From Promethearchaeota archaeon (lineage in GTDB: Archaea; Asgardarchaeota; Lokiarchaeia; Sigyniarchaeales; SOKP01): a stretch of 23,863 bases of DNA. Location: NCBI GenBank assembly GCA_016930515.1, contig JAFGGO010000034.1, positions 1-23,863 on the forward strand, written 5' to 3'. The translations under genes and the position numbers were made by a program. Under the pieces are notes generated by a model. That model made no database searches, was not told the DNA's origin, and was given only the letters and a program-made list of their open reading frames with translations. Positions 9,152-17,573 of the stretch are shown piece by piece; positions within the stretch are counted from its first letter, which is position 1; every line of letters starts with the position of its first letter.

Positions 9152-10072
9152 ATGGTAGTAAGGAAAGCAGTACTTGCCGGAAGCTGGTATTCTAGTTCAA
9201 GAGAACATTTAGAAAAAGAGATTAAAGAATGTTTTTTAAACGAAAAATTTGGTCCTGGAAAATTACCAACAACAACAAAAGCGAGCGAAAGAAAGGTCGT
9301 TGGGGCAGTTTCCCCTCACGCAGGTTATCGATTTTCTGGTCCTTGTGCGGCAAATTCGTTTTATAGTCTTTTTAATGGAAAGATCCCTGATATTGTTGTT
9401 GTTATTGGGTTTTATCATCGAGGTTTAGGACCAAATGCCGTGCTAAAAAAAGGCATGTGGGAAACACCTTTAGGAAATCTACATGTTGATGAGAATTTTA
9501 CAGAAGAATTGCTCAAAACAAGCGAAATAATCAAACCAAACGATAAGGTTTTTATCGATTCAGACGAGAACAGCATCGAATTACAGATGCCCTTTATTAA
9601 GTTTTGTTCTCAAGATAGCGATACGAAAATAGTTCCAATCAAAATTATTTCTCACGAAATAAAGATTTTAGGGGCCATTTCCTTGGATATTGCCAATACA
9701 ATAAAAAAAATCAATAAAGACATTGTAATAGTATCGTCGTCTGACATGTCTCATTACAATATTTACAATGAAGAGCAACTTAAAATTATGAAAGAAATCG
9801 ACAAGAAGGAAATTAATCAATTTATACACATTAAAGGCGAAGAATTTCTCAACCCTAAAGATTATATTGATAAAAGCATGTACCAGGCATTCGCGATGGG
9901 AGGAGGACCAACGGTTTGTGGTCGCCATACAATTGCGACATTGATGTTCACATGCAAGAATTTAGGTTTGACGAAATCAGAATGTTTAAAATATTATACG
10001 AGCAAGGATATCGAATTCAGCGCCAATCCATGGACAGTTGGGTATTTTTCAGGAATAATTAGTAAATCATAA
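9152..10072 (+). CDS. amrB: MEMO1 family protein (AmmeMemoRadiSam system protein B)
   Basis: R..V.AGSWY, SPHAGY.FSG, G..H, WETPLG, E.SIELQ.PF, SSDMSHY, TVCG, Y.TS, VGY. ATG at 9152 preferred over GTG at 9140. Confidence 0.9.
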   Translation: MVVRKAVLAGSWYSSSREHLEKEIKECFLNEKFGPGKLPTTTKASERKVVGAVSPHAGYRFSGPCAANSFYSLFNGKIPDIVVVIGFYHRGLGPNAVLKKGMWETPLGNLHVDENFTEELLKTSEIIKPNDKVFIDSDENSIELQMPFIKFCSQDSDTKIVPIKIISHEIKILGAISLDIANTIKKINKDIVIVSSSDMSHYNIYNEEQLKIMKEIDKKEINQFIHIKGEEFLNPKDYIDKSMYQAFAMGGGPTVCGRHTIATLMFTCKNLGLTKSECLKYYTSKDIEFSANPWTVGYFSGIISKS

Positions 10073-10264
10073 ATCGTATATTTAATAATCTTTAAATTCA
10101 CTTTTTTATTTCAAATTATTCTTCTCATTTTAATACTCATTATTCGATCCAAGGCAAATAAATTGAATAGAACATTCAAGGATTTTTGCTGTAACACGAC
10201 AAAAATAAGTATATGTTTATAAATTATCAAGGCTAAATATTTTTTAGAATCAAAAGAACCTTAA

Positions 10265-11326
10265 ATGGTAGAAACACATTTGATGCATGAAAAATTAAAA
10301 TCTTACGACATTAAAAATTGCACACACGAGGACATTACCAAAATCATAAAAGATGGATTAGAAAAATTATCATTTCACACGAGAACAGCTAAATTAGGGA
10401 AAAATATCATCAAAATAAATTATTACGACGAATTAATAGACGAGAATTTACAAAGGAATAATAAAATTCTAATCCTCCAAGATCCTTATAATGATTGTCA
10501 CATAAATTTTAAGGGAAAGCTGAACGATGTTCATATATCAGAATTATGGAGGGATCTTACCAGCACAATAAACAATACGGGACGGAAAGTTGTAGAAAAT
10601 ACTCAACAGTTATGCAGAGAAGACGCAACATACATGATAATTGACATGATCGAAAAACAAGGTTTTGAAATTGAAACATTGCGAGCTATTGAATTTATCG
10701 AAAATTTTCAAAATCGATATGGTAGACTACCTTACGAGAACGAAATCCTCCCAATCGTCAAGGGCTATATTCTTACTCAATCTGCTAAAAATGAGGAGGC
10801 GGCATTAACATCTCCAATTTTACCTCCCAAACTGCATTCATTTGCTATTTCATCACCTAGAACACCTCTAAAACCAATTCAATCCACTTCGATCGTTCCT
10901 AAACCTGGTATAGCCCCTGAAACTATTAGAACTCCAACGCTTATAAAAACTGCGGATTATATCAAACCGAACGAATTAACACCCCCAGTATCCCATCAAG
11001 AGCTAAATAACCCCCCACAATCAGCCAAAGAATCTATTTTAAGTTCCAAACCAATAAAAAGCACGCCAAATTATGGTTCAAATGGAAGAAAAGCCCCTAC
11101 TACTAATGCGAATATTAGTCCTGTAATTATAAACGAAAGTTCTTCAGGAATGCTTACCATTCAAAAACCAATTGGACGAAGAATCTGCCCCAATTGTGGA
11201 AATCGCGGTGAATATAAAATTCACGAGCTTATAGACAAGTCTGACTTGCTTTGTCTATTCCCACGCTTATACGGTAAGAAATATTCTTGCGATGGATGCA
11301 AGATCGAATGGAAAGAAAATTCTTAA
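10265..11326 (+). CDS. Hypothetical protein with globular N-terminus, Pro/Ser/Thr-rich linker and C-terminal CxxC...CxxC zinc ribbon
   Basis: 353-aa ORF with a low-complexity P/S/T region (about aa 180-295) and RRICPNCG...KKYSCDGC..EW. Confidence 0.8.
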   Translation: MVETHLMHEKLKSYDIKNCTHEDITKIIKDGLEKLSFHTRTAKLGKNIIKINYYDELIDENLQRNNKILILQDPYNDCHINFKGKLNDVHISELWRDLTSTINNTGRKVVENTQQLCREDATYMIIDMIEKQGFEIETLRAIEFIENFQNRYGRLPYENEILPIVKGYILTQSAKNEEAALTSPILPPKLHSFAISSPRTPLKPIQSTSIVPKPGIAPETIRTPTLIKTADYIKPNELTPPVSHQELNNPPQSAKESILSSKPIKSTPNYGSNGRKAPTTNANISPVIINESSSGMLTIQKPIGRRICPNCGNRGEYKIHELIDKSDLLCLFPRLYGKKYSCDGCKIEWKENS

Positions 11327-11495
11327 GTTTACAATCACATTATTTTTTTGATTTTTTTCTAATATTGCTATTAAATTTGAAATGTACTCGTGATAAAACT
11401 ATAAATATATTAAAACAAATTATGGTAATGATACGAAGTGAATTTTCTAATTTTTTTAATAAGAATTAAATTATACCAAGGATGTTTAAGATCTA

Positions 11496-12422
11496 ATGAA
11501 AAATGGAAACGATAAAATTAGGGATTTTGCCAACATGTGGGGCGATAAAAAGGAAACGCCAGATAATGTATCAATAATCAGAGATTTTATGAAGCGAATC
11601 GAACAATTAGAAGAAGAAAACATTAACCTCCGGAATAGGATAACTCAGAACGAGAGTTTGATTGCAAAAACGGAAGACATTGTAAACCAAGCTAAAAAGA
11701 ACAAGAACGAGTTAGAAAATGAAGTCTCAACCTTAAAAACAAGTTCTCCTCCCCCAACCCTCACACCACCCCCAGGATATTCTCAAGCAGATCTTGCCGT
11801 CAATCAGTCTCTAATTAAGGATTTACAATCGGAATTAACAAAAAAAAAGAACCAAATTAACGAATTTAAAGATCTTCTCGAAAAAAACGAATCGATGATA
11901 AGAAACTTACAGCAAGCAAATGAAAACTTAACCAGTCAATTGTTAGAAAAAGAAAAAGGTAAGGAAAAAAATAAAAAAGAAAAACCTGGAGCTAAATCTC
12001 CTTTAGACGCATTAGTTCAAGACCTTCAAGCCGATCTTAATAGATATAAAAAACAGGTAGGAGAACTAAAGGACGAGAATCAAAATTTAAGAAATGCCAT
12101 CGAGAGTAAAGGTGGTATCGTCGAAACTGATCTCGTGAAATCACTAAATGACGAAATTAATACTTTGAAGAGCCAATTAGAAGAACTTACGGATAAAAAG
12201 TCAAAAAAAAATAAAGTTCAGGAACTAAAAGAACTCTTACAAGAAAAAGATCAGTTAATTGAACAATTGCAAAAAAAACCTCATTTTATCTCCGAGCAAC
12301 CCTCCACTCAAACGACTATTTCAATGCCCTCTTTAGTCGAAGAGCTTCAAAGTAAAATTAATAAGTTAAAAATTATAATTAAGGAGAAAGACGAACTAAT
12401 TCAAAACATTCGAGGACACTAA
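11496..12422 (+). CDS. Hypothetical segmented coiled-coil protein
   Basis: 308 aa rich in E/K/Q/L/N heptads, broken by short Pro/Gly/Ser linkers including PPPTLTPPPG. Confidence 0.82.
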   Translation: MKNGNDKIRDFANMWGDKKETPDNVSIIRDFMKRIEQLEEENINLRNRITQNESLIAKTEDIVNQAKKNKNELENEVSTLKTSSPPPTLTPPPGYSQADLAVNQSLIKDLQSELTKKKNQINEFKDLLEKNESMIRNLQQANENLTSQLLEKEKGKEKNKKEKPGAKSPLDALVQDLQADLNRYKKQVGELKDENQNLRNAIESKGGIVETDLVKSLNDEINTLKSQLEELTDKKSKKNKVQELKELLQEKDQLIEQLQKKPHFISEQPSTQTTISMPSLVEELQSKINKLKIIIKEKDELIQNIRGH

Positions 12423-12535
12423 ACTCCATATTTAGTTCTTCCTTTATCTTTAGTTTTAAATATTAAAAATTGCTAAAGTCTAAGGTTTCGAAAGTTCATA
12501 AAAGTTAAAACTATTCACACCTTAAAGAAACTAAA

Positions 12536-13540
12536 ATGAGAGAAAATGGAACTCAATATCCTTATTTTCTATTTATGGGGCACATATCAATCGATACAAT
12601 TATTAAAAATGGAATAACTCATCCCTCCACTTTAGGTGGAAGCGTTTCTTTTGGATCGATTGGATTAAAAACTTATTCAAGAGATGTGAAAATAAGAATT
12701 ATTTCAAAATGTGGCTCAAATAATCTTAAAAAACATCTATTGGAACAGATAAACAAACAACAAATCGATCTATCTGGTGTGCAATGGAAAGAGATGGACA
12801 ATACACACTTTATTTTAGAATATTATGATCATGCCAGATCCTTAATTTTGAAATCGAAAAGTCCAAATTTAGAATTTAAAGACATTCCGATAGATATAAT
12901 CAAAAATCCTCCAGATATTATTGTATTAGCACCAATATGTAGCGAAATTTCTATTGAATTCATATCGTCTGTTTTGGAACACTTCCCTAATGCACTAATT
13001 GGAATGGATTTGCAAGGTTTTGTAAGAGAAATTAGTGAAAATGGATCGGTCTCGTATACAAAGAATATTAAAAATTTAGAAAATTTGAAGAATATCGTTA
13101 TAAAATGCGGAGAGCGATTGGTGCTGAAGGGCTCAGAGGAAGAAATGAAACTTGTTGCGGGTGGGAGCGAAGATTTATCAAAGATAATGTCTGAATTTGA
13201 TAAATTCGACTTAAAGGGGATATACATCATGACTCTGGGGGAAGCTGGATCGATGTTGATACGACACGGATGTGATCTGTTATATATTCCCGCTTATCGG
13301 TCTGATGGAGTTAAAGACGAAACGGGTGCAGGCGATATTTATTTATCAGTTTTCTTATACGAATATTTTCTTTCTAATAAATCTTGGAACTCGGTAAAAA
13401 AAGCCGCAAGTTTAGCTTCTGCTTCCGCCTCTTTTCTTGTAGAAAAAATTGGACCAAAGGGATTTAAATCGAGAAAAAAGATTATTAAACGCGTTAAAAG
13501 AGCAAATTATATCCAAATAGGTGAGGGTAAGTTCACTTAA
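12536..13540 (+). CDS. PfkB/ribokinase family carbohydrate kinase
   Basis: N-terminal GHISID and LGGS, D.QG, K.S.EE, TLGEAGS and the C-terminal signature DETGAGD. Confidence 0.9.
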   Translation: MRENGTQYPYFLFMGHISIDTIIKNGITHPSTLGGSVSFGSIGLKTYSRDVKIRIISKCGSNNLKKHLLEQINKQQIDLSGVQWKEMDNTHFILEYYDHARSLILKSKSPNLEFKDIPIDIIKNPPDIIVLAPICSEISIEFISSVLEHFPNALIGMDLQGFVREISENGSVSYTKNIKNLENLKNIVIKCGERLVLKGSEEEMKLVAGGSEDLSKIMSEFDKFDLKGIYIMTLGEAGSMLIRHGCDLLYIPAYRSDGVKDETGAGDIYLSVFLYEYFLSNKSWNSVKKAASLASASASFLVEKIGPKGFKSRKKIIKRVKRANYIQIGEGKFT

Positions 13541-14121
13541 CAGCTCATATAGCCCTTGGAATTTTAATTGCTTCAATATTCAATTTTTTTATTCCACTTT
13601 CTATTTTAGATTTTTTTTTGATACTGATGTTTTCTATTCTCGCAGATTTTGATTTACTCTTTCAAAAACAGGCTAGACTCGGTAATCATAGAATGTTTAT
13701 TACCCATTCAACGATTCCATTTTTAATACTGGTTATATTTTCAATTCTTTTAGGGAATTTACTGATTTTTGCGTGCTCTTTATCTTATTTATCCCATATT
13801 TTTATAGATACAATTGATTGGGGTACAAATCTGTTATATACCCCAAAAAAACTTGTAGGGCTTAAAATATTAATACCCAAAAATGAAAATGATGAATTTA
13901 GTAAAATTTTAAAAAATTATAACAATCCTTATTCTTTTTTTAATTTTCGATACTATAAAAGTAAAACAATTTTATCTTTAGAATTGTTTGTTTTTGTTCT
14001 AATGATTATATCAATAATTTATTTAGCATTAGAATTCATATATTTCATAACATTCTATATATTGGCTATATTTTTTCATGTTTTTTTTCACTCTAGACTT
14101 AAAAAGCTAGAATCACACTAA
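13531..14121 (+). CDS. Membrane-bound metal-dependent hydrolase (YdjM-like); frame extended upstream of the track start at 13618
   Basis: Motifs (V)HLTAHIALG, SILADFD, HRMFITHS, LSHIFID and several TM segments. The frame is open from 13531 (in-frame TAA at 13528). Confidence 0.78.
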   Translation, partial: VHLTAHIALGILIASIFNFFIPLSILDFFLILMFSILADFDLLFQKQARLGNHRMFITHSTIPFLILVIFSILLGNLLIFACSLSYLSHIFIDTIDWGTNLLYTPKKLVGLKILIPKNENDEFSKILKNYNNPYSFFNFRYYKSKTILSLELFVFVLMIISIIYLALEFIYFITFYILAIFFHVFFHSRLKKLESH

Positions 14122-15092
14122 TCCTTGATACCTTCTTCCGTTATTGAAAATATTGCTTCTTCCTCGGGTAGGTGAGGTGCGTCAACGACTCTTGCTACAC
14201 GTTGTTCTCCCTTACCTTTTCTTAGATAGATTCTTATAGTAGCCCCATGTGCAACAATATTTCCACCAGTATGAATTAATGGATTCCCGTAAAAAACATC
14301 GGGTTTTGCTGATACTTGATTAGTGATTACTACAGCTAATTCATCATAAGATTCGGTTAATCTGAGTAAATCGTGAATGTGACTATTTAAAACCTGTTGC
14401 CTGTTTGCAAGCGTCCCCCTACCTACATATTCGCTTCGAAAATGAGTTATTATTGAATCAACAATCACAAGCTTTATGTTTTTTTCTTCGATTATTTTAG
14501 GTGCTTCAGAGATTAATAATACCTGATGATTACTATTATATGCCCTGCCAATCGTGATGTTACGTAAAACTTGATTGTAGTCCATGTCAATACTGTCTGC
14601 CATTTGTATTATTCTTTCAGGTCGAAAGGTCCCCTCCGTGTCAATATAAAGCGCATTTCCTTCAAGACCTCCGTTTTCATATGGTAATTGAACATTTACG
14701 GATAATTGGTGAGTTAATTGGGTCTTTCCAGTCCTATATTCTCCAAATAGTTCCGTTAAAGCCCCCGGTTCGAATCCGCCCCCAAGAAGCTCGTCAAGAT
14801 TAAAACTTCCAGAGTGGATCTTTTTCATGTTCTTTCTTTTTTCCCAGATAATCTCAGCAGATTTAAACCCAAGATTCTCCATTTCTTGAGCAACTTTCAC
14901 GATTTTAACTGCTGTTTTTTCTCCAATTCCCGATTCAATCAATTTTGAAATAGGATATAAGGCCAGAGTTTTAATGTTAATTATACCTTCGTCTTTTAGC
15001 TTCTTTAATGTTACTTCACCAATACCAGGTATGTCATTTAATTCAAAGGAGTTTTCAGAACCTCTTTTTTCGTTATTATTTTTTTTTGCCAT
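14118..15092 (-). CDS. radA: DNA repair and recombination protein RadA
   Basis: N-terminal HhH (IPGIGE), FKSA polymerisation motif, Walker A GEYRTGKTQ, YIDTEGTFRPERI, Walker B VIVDS, RGTLANRQQ, TNQV, YLRKGKG..RVARVVDAPHLPE. Confidence 0.96.
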   Translation of the reverse strand: MAKKNNNEKRGSENSFELNDIPGIGEVTLKKLKDEGIINIKTLALYPISKLIESGIGEKTAVKIVKVAQEMENLGFKSAEIIWEKRKNMKKIHSGSFNLDELLGGGFEPGALTELFGEYRTGKTQLTHQLSVNVQLPYENGGLEGNALYIDTEGTFRPERIIQMADSIDMDYNQVLRNITIGRAYNSNHQVLLISEAPKIIEEKNIKLVIVDSIITHFRSEYVGRGTLANRQQVLNSHIHDLLRLTESYDELAVVITNQVSAKPDVFYGNPLIHTGGNIVAHGATIRIYLRKGKGEQRVARVVDAPHLPEEEAIFSITEEGIKD

Positions 15093-15202
15093 TTTTCTTC
15101 CTTTTCCTCTTCTTGCTACTATCTATTTATTCATACGGTAATTTAAAAATAGAGATAAAATAAAAAAATTAGTGTTGCTCTTGCGGAATTATTGTTTTCT
15201 AA

Positions 15203-15874
15203 TTACTTTTTTGTAATGAACAATAAAAAGATGAATAATACGACACATAATAAAACAGCCGTGACCCACATCGCTTCGATATCAGCCCAAATAAATCCTA
15301 AATATAGAAAAGGCAAGAAAAAGATAACAGTGATGAGAACTATTACTGGTAGAGATATTTCTTCGTCTTTTATATCTAGGATCATTGGTGCAATGGCTAG
15401 CAACACCATAATAGTCGCTACGAGCTGAAAAGCAATTTGAAGACCCAATGGAAAGGTAGGATCGTGTACATTAGGGACGTAGAAAAATCCTACCTGCATT
15501 GTATCAGTTTTTAAAGCTCCAACAGAATTTGGTAAGATTCCTGTTATAATGACTTGGATAATAAGCCCTAAAATAAGAAAAAGAATGATATCGTCGAAAT
15601 CCTTGGTTTCCCGATAAACAAATAGAAAGTCTCGCGCCAAACAAATGTCAATTAAAATGAAAAGCACTAAGAACACTGTTAGAGAATCAACGCCATAAAA
15701 TATAGATTCGGGAACAGTTGTGAGATACCAAAGATAATTCACTGGAACTAAAACCATTATGTAGGCAAAATATCCGTATTTCTCGTTCCTTTCTAATAGG
15801 TCAAAACATAAAAAAACACCAAAAAGAACGAGAAAAGTAATGAACAGTATGATACTGGTTATGTCGGTTTCCAT
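15203..15874 (-). CDS. Hypothetical integral membrane protein (about 7 TM helices)
   Basis: 223 aa with seven hydrophobic segments separated by short charged loops; no recognised family motif. Confidence 0.8.
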   Translation of the reverse strand: METDITSIILFITFLVLFGVFLCFDLLERNEKYGYFAYIMVLVPVNYLWYLTTVPESIFYGVDSLTVFLVLFILIDICLARDFLFVYRETKDFDDIILFLILGLIIQVIITGILPNSVGALKTDTMQVGFFYVPNVHDPTFPLGLQIAFQLVATIMVLLAIAPMILDIKDEEISLPVIVLITVIFFLPFLYLGFIWADIEAMWVTAVLLCVVLFIFLLFITKK

Positions 15875-16036
15875 ATTCTTTCATCAAGTTAGTATTTTTT
15901 TTTTAATATTAGTATCATTATATTTTTTATTAAACTTATGGTAATATGACAATCAATTGTATTATGTATAATATAATTCTTATCTTTTTTAGCTCAGGTT
16001 AATCTGTATAATTTTCTTTAATTCATTTTCAATTGT

Positions 16037-17404
16037 TTAAAATTCACTTATGAGCTTTTCGAGGTGAGATATCATCTCTTTTGCTTTATTCGTATCATCA
16101 GATTCCCCCGAAAGGAGGAGAGCCGTTCTATATAGTGCGACTTTCAGCGAAACGCTAGTACCATCCTCTGAGATTATTTTTACTTCGTTCAATATATCGT
16201 GATACTTATATCCGTTTTTGAGAACAACTCTCCTTATTTCATCATGGATGTTGTCGATTACTTCTTGGGAAACCGTAATTGATTTATTGATCTTTTTTCC
16301 TTTTGGAAAACCTCTTGTGAGAGAACTAATTAAATCCTCTTGAAGGCTCATGATTTCGAGAATTTTAAGCAATATGAAGTTTCCATCGCTAATGGGAGCT
16401 AATTGTGGAAAATAATACTTTAAAGTATCTGCTGCGGCAAAACAAGCTCTCTCTTCCCTGATTTGCCTTGAAATTTCCCCTGGTTCGTTTTTCACTTGTT
16501 TAGTGACGAAACCACTCTCTTCGATAAACCTTTTTGCAACGGGAGATATCGAAGGCGTGGTAATGATGCAACCAGGCTTAGATTTTTGGATTCTTTCGTC
16601 GCAACACACGAATAGCATCAATAAATCTTCGAAGCTTATTTCTAATCCATTCTCATCAATGACTAATATTCGAGAACCATCAATATCAAAACAAACACCC
16701 AGATGACTATTGGAAGCCTTAACAATATCAGCAACATTTCTAATAGTACTAATATTTGGAATTGGTGTCCCGCTTCTTTGTCTATAGTGCGTGTTTAACG
16801 CAATCGTTTCAACACCAAGGTCGTTGAATAAAATCGGTGAGACTCGCCCCGTAGGAGAATAGGAACAATCCACTACTATCTTGAGGTTGGCTTTTCCAAT
16901 TTTTTTCTTGTTGACGAATTGTTCTAAAGACTTAATATATACATCTAAAGTTTGTGGAATTGCGTTTATCTGACCAATCTCGTTAGGGTCTACTCTTCTG
17001 ACACCCGTAGCTTGAACATTCACGATTTTTTGGATTTCTGAGCGTCCTAATTCAATACCACCAGCATCAACAAATCGTAGATAAATTCCTTCTGCAGTGT
17101 GTCCACCAGAAAAAAAAACACCTCCGCTTGCACCAAATCTTCTTATGGTGAATTGAAGCATGGGAAATGTACAATCGGATAGGTTTAAAAGATTCACTCC
17201 CGTAGACATAACACCCGCTGTAAACGCTCTTTTTAACATCCTACTATCGTTGTGATAATCCCTACCCATAACTATAGATTCTCCTGGGTTAAAGGTGGTA
17301 CCAAACATTGAACCCAACGAAGCTGAGATTTCGGGAGTAAAAACAAAATTAGCTTTTCCTTTAAATCGACCGTCCTGTATCAAATTATTAAATTCTTGAA
17401 CCAT
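16037..17404 (-). CDS. Alpha-D-phosphohexomutase (PMM/PGM) family protein with degenerate active site
   Basis: Family landmarks TPE...LG..FG, GRD....SRML..A..AG..S.G, KIVVDC, CFDIDGSR and DG. The catalytic TASHNP loop reads SGGHTA. Confidence 0.88.
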   Translation of the reverse strand: MVQEFNNLIQDGRFKGKANFVFTPEISASLGSMFGTTFNPGESIVMGRDYHNDSRMLKRAFTAGVMSTGVNLLNLSDCTFPMLQFTIRRFGASGGVFFSGGHTAEGIYLRFVDAGGIELGRSEIQKIVNVQATGVRRVDPNEIGQINAIPQTLDVYIKSLEQFVNKKKIGKANLKIVVDCSYSPTGRVSPILFNDLGVETIALNTHYRQRSGTPIPNISTIRNVADIVKASNSHLGVCFDIDGSRILVIDENGLEISFEDLLMLFVCCDERIQKSKPGCIITTPSISPVAKRFIEESGFVTKQVKNEPGEISRQIREERACFAAADTLKYYFPQLAPISDGNFILLKILEIMSLQEDLISSLTRGFPKGKKINKSITVSQEVIDNIHDEIRRVVLKNGYKYHDILNEVKIISEDGTSVSLKVALYRTALLLSGESDDTNKAKEMISHLEKLISEF

Positions 17405-17573
17405 TTTAACTTATGAATAAATGCATGATATTAAGTAGATATCTTATATTAATTACCATAGAGACGATAATATATATTTCTTCTCATAATATCTCTTATA
17501 ATTTTGAATTGATGGATAGTAAAATAAGCATGGTAGAGTTTAAATCTCAAAAAGTAATATTAGTTATATTAAA

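Noticed and set aside
11496-12422. SMC/Rad50 or ESCRT-III assignment for the coiled-coil protein
   Set aside because: No Walker motifs, hinge or Zn-hook, and no recognisable Snf7 pattern; the similarity is generic coiled coil.
14118-15092. Possible intein or truncation in radA
   Set aside because: Normal length with a contiguous Walker A and an intact N-terminal domain.
15203-15874. Possible rhodopsin (7 TM)
   Set aside because: No Lys or DxxxK/SxxxK motif within helix 7.
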